The notes beneath the pieces were generated by a model. That model ran no database searches. It had not been told where the DNA came from and was given only the letters and a program-made list of their open reading frames with translations. 64,000 bases of DNA from assembly GCA_047602405.1 (NCBI GenBank), contig JASGHJ010000002.1:2496001-2560000 (forward strand), written 5' to 3'. Position numbers and translations under genes: made by a program. The stretch comes from Anaeromyxobacteraceae bacterium (lineage in GTDB: Bacteria > Myxococcota > Myxococcia > Myxococcales > Anaeromyxobacteraceae). Shown here one piece after another: positions 49,328 through 59,635 of the stretch (its first letter is position 1; each line of letters starts with the position of its first letter).

Positions 49328-49766
49328 GGTGCCGTGGGGGCGAAACGCGCCTCCGCGATGGCGCTTGCTCGGACGGGTTTGAGACGGGACAGATCGCCGG
49401 AACCGTTGCCGTTCCATGGCGGTGATCGGCGGCAGCAGGCCGTCGATTGAGATGCGCGTGACGGCACAGCGCGCTGCGCGCGCCATGCCGTCACACGCCC
49501 ACATCTCTAGGCCTGCAATGCTGCGACTTGGAGACGGAACCTCGCCCGTCCCCAGTATCGATGCATTGCAGGCCAAGGAACCATCGCGCGGGGACGGCGC
49601 CGTGCGCGCAGCGCACGACGTCGTCACGCGCACATGGTCCGCAGGCCTGCTGCGCGATCACCGCCGTGCAACAGCCACGGTTCCGGCGATCTCTTCCGTC
49701 TCAAACCCGTCCGAGCAAGCGCTGTCGCGGAGGCCCGTTTGGCTCCTGCGGACACGCATGCCGACA
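49328..49766. repeat. ~440-bp imperfect palindrome made of two inverted copies (A', B') of the structured repeat
   Basis: GGGGGCGAAACGCGCCTCCGCG (49336-49357) and CGCGGAGGCCCGTTTGGCTCC (49726-49746); long matches to 12088-12365 and 14006-14289. Confidence 0.88.
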
Positions 49767-49796
49767 GCGAAAGCCCGCGCGGAGACGCCGAGGGAC

Positions 49797-50630
49797 TCAG
49801 CCCAGCTCGAACGAGACGTCGACCGCGCGCGCCGAGTGCGTGATCGCGCCCATCGAGACGAAGTCGACGCCGGTCGCGGCCACCCGCGGCAGCCGCTCGA
49901 GGGTCATGTTGCCGGAGGCCTCGAGGAGCACCTTGCCGGCGGCGCGCCGGACGGCCTCGGCCATGGCGGCGTCGTCCATGTTGTCGAGGAGGACGATGTC
50001 CGCGCCGGCGGCGATGGCCGCCTCGAGCCCGGGCAGGTCCACCACCTCGACCTCGATCTTCAGCATCGCGCCGGCGTTGGCGCGCGCGCGGCGGACCGCC
50101 TCGGCGACGCCGCCCGCGGCCGCGACGTGGTTGTCCTTCACGAGGATGCCGTCGCCGAGCGAGGTGCGGTGGTTCTTGCCCCCGCCCGCGCGGACCGCCG
50201 CCTTCTCGAGCGTGCGCCAGCCCGGCGTGGTCTTGCGCGTGTCGAGGAGCCGGGTCTTCGCGCCGCCTGCGGCGAGTGCGTCGACGCACCGGCGCGTCGC
50301 GGTCGCGACGCCGGAGAGGCGCTGCAGGAAGTTGAGGGCGGTGCGCTCGGCGGCGAGGAGCGCGCGGACCGGGCCGCGCGCGGTGCCCACGAGGTCCCCG
50401 CGCCGTGCCCGGGCGCCGTCCTCGAGCTCGAAGCGACACTCCGCCCCGAGCTTCTGGAAGACGCGGCAGGCGACCGCGGTCCCGGCGAGGACCAGCTCCT
50501 CCTTCACGAGGAACCGGCCCTCACCGGCCGCGGCGGGATCGATCGTCGCCTCGCTCGTCACGTCGCCGAGGAGGAGATCCTCCTCGAGCGCGAGCTCGAT
50601 GAGCCGCTCGACGTGCGCCGGGAGCGACAT
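49797..50630 (-). CDS. nadC: Nicotinate-nucleotide diphosphorylase (carboxylating)
   Basis: ERTALNFLQRLSG, DTRKT, KDNH, EVEV, LLDN, EASG. Confidence 0.96.
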   Translation of the reverse strand: MSLPAHVERLIELALEEDLLLGDVTSEATIDPAAAGEGRFLVKEELVLAGTAVACRVFQKLGAECRFELEDGARARRGDLVGTARGPVRALLAAERTALNFLQRLSGVATATRRCVDALAAGGAKTRLLDTRKTTPGWRTLEKAAVRAGGGKNHRTSLGDGILVKDNHVAAAGGVAEAVRRARANAGAMLKIEVEVVDLPGLEAAIAAGADIVLLDNMDDAAMAEAVRRAAGKVLLEASGNMTLERLPRVAATGVDFVSMGAITHSARAVDVSFELG

Positions 50631-50668
50631 GCCGATCCGCTGCCGGTGGCGCAGGCCACCGGACCGCG

Positions 50669-51004
50669 CTAGCGCTTCTTCGCCTTCCTGGCGGCCTTCT
50701 TCTTCGCGGGCTTCCTGGCCGCCGGCTTCCTGGCGACCTTCTTCGCCGCCTTCTTCTTCGCGACCTTCCTGGCGCCCTTCGTCTTCGGCGCCGCCTTCTT
50801 CGGCGCCGCCTTCTTCGCGGCCTTCTTCGCCGGCTTCCGCGCCGCGATCTTCTTCTTCACGGCCGCGACGGCCTCGGAGCCCGCCTCCACGGCGTTCTTC
50901 GCCATGTCGGTCACGGCGGCCACGGCGTTCTGCGCGGCCTGCACGATCGGGTTCTCGCTCGTGGGCGCGGGCGCGCCCGGGTTCGTGTTCTCGTTGTTCT
51001 CCAT
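50669..51004 (-). CDS. Possible nested in-frame histone-H1-like protein (111 aa)
   Basis: AGGAGG (51016-51011) 6 nt upstream of in-frame ATG 51004; ends in KKAA/KPAA-type repeats. Confidence 0.5.
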   Translation of the reverse strand: MENNENTNPGAPAPTSENPIVQAAQNAVAAVTDMAKNAVEAGSEAVAAVKKKIAARKPAKKAAKKAAPKKAAPKTKGARKVAKKKAAKKVARKPAARKPAKKKAARKAKKR

Positions 51005-53710
51005 CGGATCCCTCCTGGCGGTGTCGTCCGCGGTGCCCGTCAGCATCGCACGATGCGCGCTGAGCTTGCTCATCTTTTCGACGAGCTCATCCGCCCGGGC
51101 CCTGTCCTTCTCCACGACCTCCGGCGGCGCCTTCGCGACGAACCCCGGGTTGTCGAGGCGCTTCCTCAGCCCCGCGAGGTCCGCCTCGATCTTCTCGATT
51201 TCCTTCGTGATCCTGGCCCCTTCGGCGGCGAGATCGATCGCACCCGCGAGGCCGACGCGCAGCTCGAAGAGGCTGCCGACCGCGACGGCGGACGCGGGAC
51301 GCCTCGACGGGGGACCCGCGACGATCCGCACCTTCGCGTTCGCGAGCCGCTCGATGCGCGCGAGCTCTTCACGCACCGTGGCCGACGACGCCGGGTCGAG
51401 CGCGCCGACCTCGACGTCCTCGAGCGCCACCTTGTAGGGGACGTTCATCTCGCCGCGGACGTTCCGGATCGCGTCGACGACGCCGATGATCGCCCCGAAG
51501 CCGCGCTCGGCCCCCTCGTCGACCGCCCCCTTCGCGGGGTAGGCGGCGGCGTAGATCGAGTCCGGCCACGCGTCGGCCTTCACCTTCCCGCGGAGCGCGT
51601 GCCACAGCTCCTCGGTGATGAAGGGCATGAACGGGTGCAGGAGCCGGAGCGCCGTCGAGAGCGCGTGCACGAGCGTCGCCCGGGCGGCCTGCTTGCGCGC
51701 GGCGTCGTCGCCGTAGAGCGCCTCCTTCGCGAGCTCGATGTACCAGTCGCACAGGTCGCCCCAGACGAACTGGTAGACCGTGGAGGCGGCGTCGTTGAAC
51801 CGGAACGCCTCGAGCGCGTCGACCGTGTCGTTCACCGCGCGCTGCGTGCGGGCGAGGATCCACCGGTCGGCGGAGGTGAGGGCCGCGCCGGCGAGCGCGC
51901 CCTCGTGGTGCTCGTACCCCTCGAGGTTCATGAGCGCGAAGCGGGTCGCGTTCCAGAGCTTGTTCGCGAACGCGCGGTAGCCCTCGATGCGGTCCTTCGC
52001 GAGCTTGATGTCGCGCCCCTGTGCGGTGAGCGCGGCGAGCGTAAAGCGCAGCGCGTCCGCGCCGTACTGCTCGGTCATGACGAGGGGATCGATGACGTTC
52101 CCCTTCGTCTTCGACATCTTCTGCCCCTTCTCGTCCCGCACCATCGGGTGCAGGTAGACGTGGCGGAAGGGGACCTCGCCCATGAAGTGGATGCCCATCA
52201 TCATCATCCGGGCGACCCAGAAGAAGATGATGTCGTGCCCGGTCTCCATGACGGAGGTCGGGTAGAACTTCGCGAGCGTGGCGGTCTTCTCCGGCCAGCC
52301 CATGGTCGAGAACGGCCACAGGCCGGAGCTGAACCAGGTGTCGAGCACGTCCTGGTCCTGCCGGAGCTCGGCCTTGCCGCAGAAGGCGCAGGCGGACGGC
52401 GTCTCCCGCGCGACGGTCACGTGGCCGTCCGGGCAGTACCACGCCGGGATCTGGTGGCCCCACCAGAGCTGGCGGCTGATGCACCAGTCGTGGATGTTGC
52501 GCATCCAGGCCATGTACGTGTTCGTCCAGGACTCCGGGACGAAGCTCGTCTTCCCCTGCTCCACCGCCTCGATCGCCGGCCGCGCGAGCGGTGCGATCTT
52601 CACGTACCACTGGTCGGAGAGGAGCGGCTCGAGCACGGTCTGCGAGCGCTGGCAGCGGCCGAGCGGGAGCACGTGCGGCTTCGTGCCCCGGTCGAGCCCC
52701 TGCTCGGCGAGGAGCGCCTTGACCTGCTTGCGCGCCTCGAAGCGCCCCACGCCGGCGAGCGGGCCCGCGGCGGCGGTCATCCGGCCGTCGAAGCCGATGA
52801 CGGTGATCATCTCGAGGCGGTGGCGCTTGCCGACCTCGAAGTCGTTGAAGTCGTGCGCCGGGGTCACCTTCACGGCGCCGGTGCCGAAGGCCGGGTCGAC
52901 CAGGATGCCGTCGGCGACGATGGGGAACTCGCGCCCGGTGAGCGGGTGGCGGACCTTCTTCCCCACGACCGCCCGGTAGCGCTCGTCGTCGGGGTGCACC
53001 GCGATCGCGGTGTCGCCCAGCATCGTCTCGGGGCGGGTGGTGGCGACGACGATCTCACCGGAGCCGTCGGCGAGCGGGTACGCGAAGCTCCACAGCTCGC
53101 CCCGGTGCGCCTCCTCGTGCTCGACCTCGAGGTCGGAGAGCGCGGTGCGGCAGTCGGGGCACCAGTTGATGAGCTTCTTCTCGCGGTAGATGAGCCCCTC
53201 CTCGTGCAGGCGCACGAAGACCTCGCGCACCGCGCGGGAGAGCCCCTCGTCCATCGTGAAGCGCTCGCGCTCCCAGTCGAGCGAGGCGCCGAGCGCCTGG
53301 TGCTGCTCGCCGATGCGGGAGCCGTACTTCTCCTTCCACTGCCAGACCCGCTTCAGGAACTCCTCGCGCCCGAGGTCGTGGCGGCTCTTCTTCTCGGTCG
53401 CCTTGAGCTCCTTCTCGACGACCATCTGGGTCGCGATGCCCGCGTGGTCGGTGCCGGGGAGCCAGAGCGTCTCGAAGCCGCTCATCCTCTTCCAGCGGAC
53501 GAGGACGTCCTGCAGGGTCGCGGTGAGCGCGTGGCCGAGGTGCAGCGAGCCCGTCACGTTGGGCGGGGGCAGCACGATCGAGAAGGGCGGCTTCCCGGAG
53601 TGCTCGTCCGCGTGGAAGTACCCCCGCTCCTGCCAGAACGGGTACCAGCGCGCCTCGACCTCGCGGTGCTCGTAGCCCTTCGCGAGCTCCGCCCGCGTCT
53701 CGTCGTTCAT
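50669..53710 (-). CDS. valS: Valine--tRNA ligase with Lys/Ala-rich C-terminal extension
   Basis: PPPNVTGSLHLGH, DWCISRQLWWGH, KMSKT, coiled-coil arm NPGFVAKAPPEVV. Confidence 0.97.
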   Translation of the reverse strand: MNDETRAELAKGYEHREVEARWYPFWQERGYFHADEHSGKPPFSIVLPPPNVTGSLHLGHALTATLQDVLVRWKRMSGFETLWLPGTDHAGIATQMVVEKELKATEKKSRHDLGREEFLKRVWQWKEKYGSRIGEQHQALGASLDWERERFTMDEGLSRAVREVFVRLHEEGLIYREKKLINWCPDCRTALSDLEVEHEEAHRGELWSFAYPLADGSGEIVVATTRPETMLGDTAIAVHPDDERYRAVVGKKVRHPLTGREFPIVADGILVDPAFGTGAVKVTPAHDFNDFEVGKRHRLEMITVIGFDGRMTAAAGPLAGVGRFEARKQVKALLAEQGLDRGTKPHVLPLGRCQRSQTVLEPLLSDQWYVKIAPLARPAIEAVEQGKTSFVPESWTNTYMAWMRNIHDWCISRQLWWGHQIPAWYCPDGHVTVARETPSACAFCGKAELRQDQDVLDTWFSSGLWPFSTMGWPEKTATLAKFYPTSVMETGHDIIFFWVARMMMMGIHFMGEVPFRHVYLHPMVRDEKGQKMSKTKGNVIDPLVMTEQYGADALRFTLAALTAQGRDIKLAKDRIEGYRAFANKLWNATRFALMNLEGYEHHEGALAGAALTSADRWILARTQRAVNDTVDALEAFRFNDAASTVYQFVWGDLCDWYIELAKEALYGDDAARKQAARATLVHALSTALRLLHPFMPFITEELWHALRGKVKADAWPDSIYAAAYPAKGAVDEGAERGFGAIIGVVDAIRNVRGEMNVPYKVALEDVEVGALDPASSATVREELARIERLANAKVRIVAGPPSRRPASAVAVGSLFELRVGLAGAIDLAAEGARITKEIEKIEADLAGLRKRLDNPGFVAKAPPEVVEKDRARADELVEKMSKLSAHRAMLTGTADDTARRDPMENNENTNPGAPAPTSENPIVQAAQNAVAAVTDMAKNAVEAGSEAVAAVKKKIAARKPAKKAAKKAAPKKAAPKTKGARKVAKKKAAKKVARKPAARKPAKKKAARKAKKR

Positions 53711-53814
53711 GATCGTCTCCTGGGTCGACGCCGGACGGCGGCGGCGGCCCGAGTCTCGGGTTCGAAAGGGACCGTGGGCTGTGAACGTCCTCGGCGCTCG
53801 CGCCCCGGCGGTGC

Positions 53815-55254
53815 TCAGCCCTGGCGGTTCTTCACGAGCCGGTCGAGGTTCTCCCGGATGATGGTCTCCGCGAGCTGCGGGACCACCTCCCATACGATCC
53901 GCTCGATCACCTCGCGCGAGGCGCCGGTGAGCGCGGCGCGCAGGGCGGCCTCGCCGCCGTCCGCGGCGGCCGGCGCGGGCGCGGGCGCGGGCTTCGGCGC
54001 CTCCGGGGCGTGGCCGGTGGAGGCGGCGGGCGGAACGAACTCGTGCATCGGCGCGAGCTCGGCCTGCGGGCCGTCGTCGAGGCCGAGGTCGATGGCGAGC
54101 GGCTCCCTCGGCGCGGCCGCGGCCGGCGCCGCGGCCGGCGCGGGGGCGGGCCTCGGCGCGGCCGGCGGCGCCACGGCCGCGGCGACGTCGCTCCAGTCGT
54201 CGGAGTCGGCGGGCGGCGGCGGTGCGACCGGGGCCGGTGCGACCGGGGCCGGTGCGACCGGGGCCGGGGCGGGCGCAGGCGCGGGCCGCGGCGGGGCCTC
54301 GGCGCCGAGGCCGAACGGATCCCTGCGCGCGCTCGGGGCGGCCGGCGCGGGCGGCGGCGGACGGGGCGCGGGCGCGGGCGGCCGGGGCGCGCCCATCGGC
54401 GGCATGCCGGGCTGGGGCATCGCCGGCCGTGGCGCCATGCCGGGCGCGGGCGCGCCGGGTGGGCGGGCGCCGGGCGGCATCCCCGGCGGCGGGCGGGCGC
54501 CCGGAGGCATCGCCCCCGGAGGCATCGGGGGACGCGCGCCGGGCGGCATCGGGGGCCGCGCGCCCGGAGGCATCGCGCCGGGCGGCATCGCTCCGGGAGG
54601 CATCGGCGGACGGGCGCCTGGGGGCATCGCGCCCGGAGGCATGCCCGGCGGGCGCGCGCCGGGCGGCATCCCGGGCGGCGGGCGGGCACCCGGCGGCATC
54701 GCGCCGGGAGGTGGCATGGCGCCCGGGGGCCGGGCGACCGGCATGTTCGGGTTCGAGGGCGGGCGCAGGCCAGGCGGCGGGGCGGCGGGGCGCGGCGCGG
54801 CGGCGGGTGCGGCCGGGGCCTGCGGCATCGGCATGTTCGGCCGCGGCGCGGGGCGGGCCATGCCGGGCGCGGGCGCCGGCGCGGGCTTGCCCGTGACGAG
54901 CTCGTTCACCTTGTCGATGAGCGCCTGGCTCTCGAAGGGCTTGCCGATGTGGCCGTCCGCCTTCGCGGCGCGCGCGCGGCTCTCGTCGAACGCCTCGAAC
55001 GTGCCGGAGAGGAGGAGGACAGGGATCTTCGCGAGCGCCGGGTCGGCCTTCACCGCCTCGCAGACCTCGTAGCCGTTCCGCCTCGGCATGACGACGTCGG
55101 CGAGGATGACGTCGGGCCTGAGCTCCCGCGCCTTCGCGATGGCGTCCTCGCCGTTGTCGACGGACGTGACCTTGTAGTCCTCGTTCGCGAACGTGATCCC
55201 CACCACCTTCTGGATGGTGATGGAGTCGTCGGCGAGGAGCAGGTTCTTGGGCAT
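53815..55254 (-). CDS. romR: RomR polarity response regulator
   Basis: MPKNLLLADDS receiver, long Pro-rich linker, C-terminal ASREVIERIVWEVVPQLAETIIRE; upstream of valS. Confidence 0.9.
   Translation of the reverse strand: MPKNLLLADDSITIQKVVGITFANEDYKVTSVDNGEDAIAKARELRPDVILADVVMPRRNGYEVCEAVKADPALAKIPVLLLSGTFEAFDESRARAAKADGHIGKPFESQALIDKVNELVTGKPAPAPAPGMARPAPRPNMPMPQAPAAPAAAPRPAAPPPGLRPPSNPNMPVARPPGAMPPPGAMPPGARPPPGMPPGARPPGMPPGAMPPGARPPMPPGAMPPGAMPPGARPPMPPGARPPMPPGAMPPGARPPPGMPPGARPPGAPAPGMAPRPAMPQPGMPPMGAPRPPAPAPRPPPPAPAAPSARRDPFGLGAEAPPRPAPAPAPAPVAPAPVAPAPVAPPPPADSDDWSDVAAAVAPPAAPRPAPAPAAAPAAAAPREPLAIDLGLDDGPQAELAPMHEFVPPAASTGHAPEAPKPAPAPAPAAADGGEAALRAALTGASREVIERIVWEVVPQLAETIIRENLDRLVKNRQG
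54221..54265. repeat. Perfect tandem repeat, 3 x 15 bp, in the romR linker
   Basis: GGTGCGACCGGGGCC x3, encoding APVAP. Confidence 0.9.
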
Positions 55255-55359
55255 GGTGGACGTCCGTGAGCTCTCGGTTCCTGAACCGTTACGAAGTACC
55301 CCCGCCCCGAAGCTCATGTCAACAAATGCGCGGGTTTGTGGCCGATCCGCCCTCTCCCC

Positions 55360-56172
55360 TCATGCGCCGAAGAGCGCATCCCACGGAGGCCGCAGGACCT
55401 CGGCGTCACCCTCCGCGAGGCCGAGGACGCGGTCCGCCACCACCCCCACCCCGGTGCCGCCGGCGTCGATGAGGAGGACCGTCCTCGGCGTGCCGGTCGA
55501 GCCGGGCCGGCCCGGCTCCACGATGTCGAACGGGGGCGCGTCGCCGTAGAGCACCCCGACGTCGATGACGGCGTGCAGCGCGCGGGCGTGGTGCAGGAGC
55601 CCGCGGTGGTGGTGCGGCGTGAGCGGGACCGGCGCGAGGCGGGGGTTCTCGAGCACCTGCACGAGCAGCGAGAGCGGCACGCCGAACACGCGCCCGGCCC
55701 GCGCGAAGCGCAGCTCCCGGTCGGGCACGAGCCCGAGGTCCGGCGGCGGCTCCGCCGTGGGCTCGTCGGCCGGCGCGATGGGCGCGAAGCCGAGCGAGGA
55801 GACCGCGAGCTCGAGCGCGATCTCGCCCTTCACCACCATCACGCCCGCGAAGGGCGCGGGCTGGGGGAGCGGGGTCGGCGCGGGCAGCTGGAAGAACGCG
55901 ACGTCGGTGAGGTCGGAGATGCCGTGGACGGCGTCCACCCGGAGCGCGACCGGGGGCGTACCCTCGGTTAGGAGCGCGAAGCCGGAGGGGCCGGCCGGGA
56001 GCCCGAGCACCGTCGAGACGAACGCGGTCTCCACGCGCTCGCCGCGCGAGTGGACCTCCCCCTCCCCGGGGGCGACCGCGGCGATCTCCCGGACGTGCGA
56101 GAGCCGGAGCGCGAAGCGCACACCGCCCGCCGAGAAGACGACGACCTTTCGCTCGGCGGGGAGGGAGGGCAC
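55360..56172 (-). CDS. Tandem CheW-like domain protein
   Basis: VFSAGGVRFALRLSHVREI, ALRVDAVHGI, GVVADRVLG. Confidence 0.75.
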   Translation of the reverse strand: MPSLPAERKVVVFSAGGVRFALRLSHVREIAAVAPGEGEVHSRGERVETAFVSTVLGLPAGPSGFALLTEGTPPVALRVDAVHGISDLTDVAFFQLPAPTPLPQPAPFAGVMVVKGEIALELAVSSLGFAPIAPADEPTAEPPPDLGLVPDRELRFARAGRVFGVPLSLLVQVLENPRLAPVPLTPHHHRGLLHHARALHAVIDVGVLYGDAPPFDIVEPGRPGSTGTPRTVLLIDAGGTGVGVVADRVLGLAEGDAEVLRPPWDALFGA

Positions 56173-56195
56173 GGGCGCATGATATACAGGTCTCG

Positions 56196-57590
56196 ATGGG
56201 CTCGGCCGTCCTCCTCGTCGACGACGAGCGGTTCGCGCGCACGGTCTACTCGGACTACCTGCGCAGCGCCGGCCATGAGGTCGAGGTCGCGGAGGGCTTC
56301 GAGTCGGCCCTCGTCCTCCTCGCCACCCGCAAGTTCGACGTCCTCCTCACCGACGTGATCCTGCCGGGGTCCCGCGACGGCCTGGCCCTCATGGACGCCG
56401 CGAAGGGGCTCGACCCGAACATCGGCGTCATCGTCATCACCGCCCTCGACAAGGTCGATCCGGCGGTGCGCGCGATGAGGAGCGGCGCCAGCGACTACCT
56501 CGTGAAGCCGGTGACGCCGGAGGCCCTCCAGCTCGCGGTGCAGCGCTGCCTCGCGACGCGGGCGCTCCTCGCCGAGAACCAGGTCCTGCGCTCCCACCTC
56601 AAGCTCTTCGAGGCCGGCCAGCGCATCGCCTCCTCGCTCGAGCGCGAGCACCTCGTCCCCACGGCCCTCGCCGCGGTCGCGCAGGAGCTCGAGGCCCCGG
56701 CCGCGGCGCTCTTCGAGCGCACCGCGGAGGGGGCCTGGCTCCCGACCGGCGCCCACGGGATGGCGGGCGACGAGCCGAAGGAGCTGCTCGAGCGCTGCCA
56801 CGCCACGCTCGACGGGCTCGACGCCTTCGGCGCGGCGCTCACCGCCGTGCGCCTGCCCGGCTCGACCGAGCGGGGCGCGAACCACGCGGCGCTCCTCACG
56901 GTCGTGAACGAGGGGGCGCTCCTCGGCGCGGTCGCGGTGAAGGTCTCCGGCGAGAGCCGGCCGGACGCCGCGATGGGCGCGGCGTTCCTGTGCCGCCACC
57001 TCGCGCTCGCGCTCGCGAACCTCGGCCGCCTGCAGCAGGTCGAGAACCTCGCCTACCTCGACGACCTCACCCACCTCTACAACGTCCGCTACCTCGACCT
57101 CGCGCTCGATCGCGCCATCTCCGGCAACCGGCCCTTCACGGTCCTGTTCATGGACCTCGACCGGTTCAAGTCGGTGAACGACCAGCACGGCCACCTGTCG
57201 GGCTCGACGCTCCTCGTGGAGGTGGCGCGGGTGCTCCGCAGCTGCGTGCGCGACGAGGACGTGGTCGTGCGCTACGGCGGCGACGAATACGTCACGCTGC
57301 TCGACGGCATCGACTCGGGCGGCGGCCTCAAGGTCGCCGAGCGCATCCGGCGCGCCATCGAGGACCACCGGTACCTGTCGCGGGAGGGCGCGCGGGTCCG
57401 CGTCACCGCGTCCATCGGCCTCGCGAGCTGGCCGGAGCACGCCTCCGGCAAGCGGGAGATCCTCGACCTCGCCGACCGCGCGATGTACCGGGGCAAGCGC
57501 ACCACCCGGAACGTCGTCTACATGGCGAGCCACGACCTGCCGCCGGTGCCGCCGGGCGAGCGGGACGGCGGCATCCTGCCGCAGCCGTGA
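56196..57590 (+). CDS. Response regulator diguanylate cyclase (REC-GAF-like-GGDEF)
   Basis: VDDE/LTD/KP receiver residues, DDLTHLYN, DLDRFKSVND, RDED I-site, GGDEY. Confidence 0.9.
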   Translation: MGSAVLLVDDERFARTVYSDYLRSAGHEVEVAEGFESALVLLATRKFDVLLTDVILPGSRDGLALMDAAKGLDPNIGVIVITALDKVDPAVRAMRSGASDYLVKPVTPEALQLAVQRCLATRALLAENQVLRSHLKLFEAGQRIASSLEREHLVPTALAAVAQELEAPAAALFERTAEGAWLPTGAHGMAGDEPKELLERCHATLDGLDAFGAALTAVRLPGSTERGANHAALLTVVNEGALLGAVAVKVSGESRPDAAMGAAFLCRHLALALANLGRLQQVENLAYLDDLTHLYNVRYLDLALDRAISGNRPFTVLFMDLDRFKSVNDQHGHLSGSTLLVEVARVLRSCVRDEDVVVRYGGDEYVTLLDGIDSGGGLKVAERIRRAIEDHRYLSREGARVRVTASIGLASWPEHASGKREILDLADRAMYRGKRTTRNVVYMASHDLPPVPPGERDGGILPQP

Positions 57591-57608
57591 CGACCTGACG
57601 GAGCCCGG

Positions 57609-57649
57609 AAAAGCGTGGGGCCAGGACCCGTTGTAGGTCCTGGCCCCAC
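57609..57649 (-). terminator. Intrinsic terminator-like hairpin
   Basis: Perfect 14-bp stem 57615-57628/57636-57649 followed by GCTTTT on the minus strand. Confidence 0.7.
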
Positions 57650-57825
57650 TGACGACGACACCCGGGTTCCGCCCTTCAGAGCACGTAGTAGCGGTTGCCC
57701 TCGTCACCGGAGGCGGCTTCTCCGACCCGCCCGCCGTATGGGATCTACCTAACCTGCGGACATGGATCGGTCAATGACGAGTTGCGTCATCGAGAGATCC
57801 CCGGAGGTTAGGCCGATCGATCTCC

Positions 57826-59578
<1,753 letters not shown>

Positions 59579-59635
59579 GCGGCCCCGGGTCGGGAGCGGC
59601 TTGACCGTCCCCGCGTTCGGGCGTCTCGTCACGGC

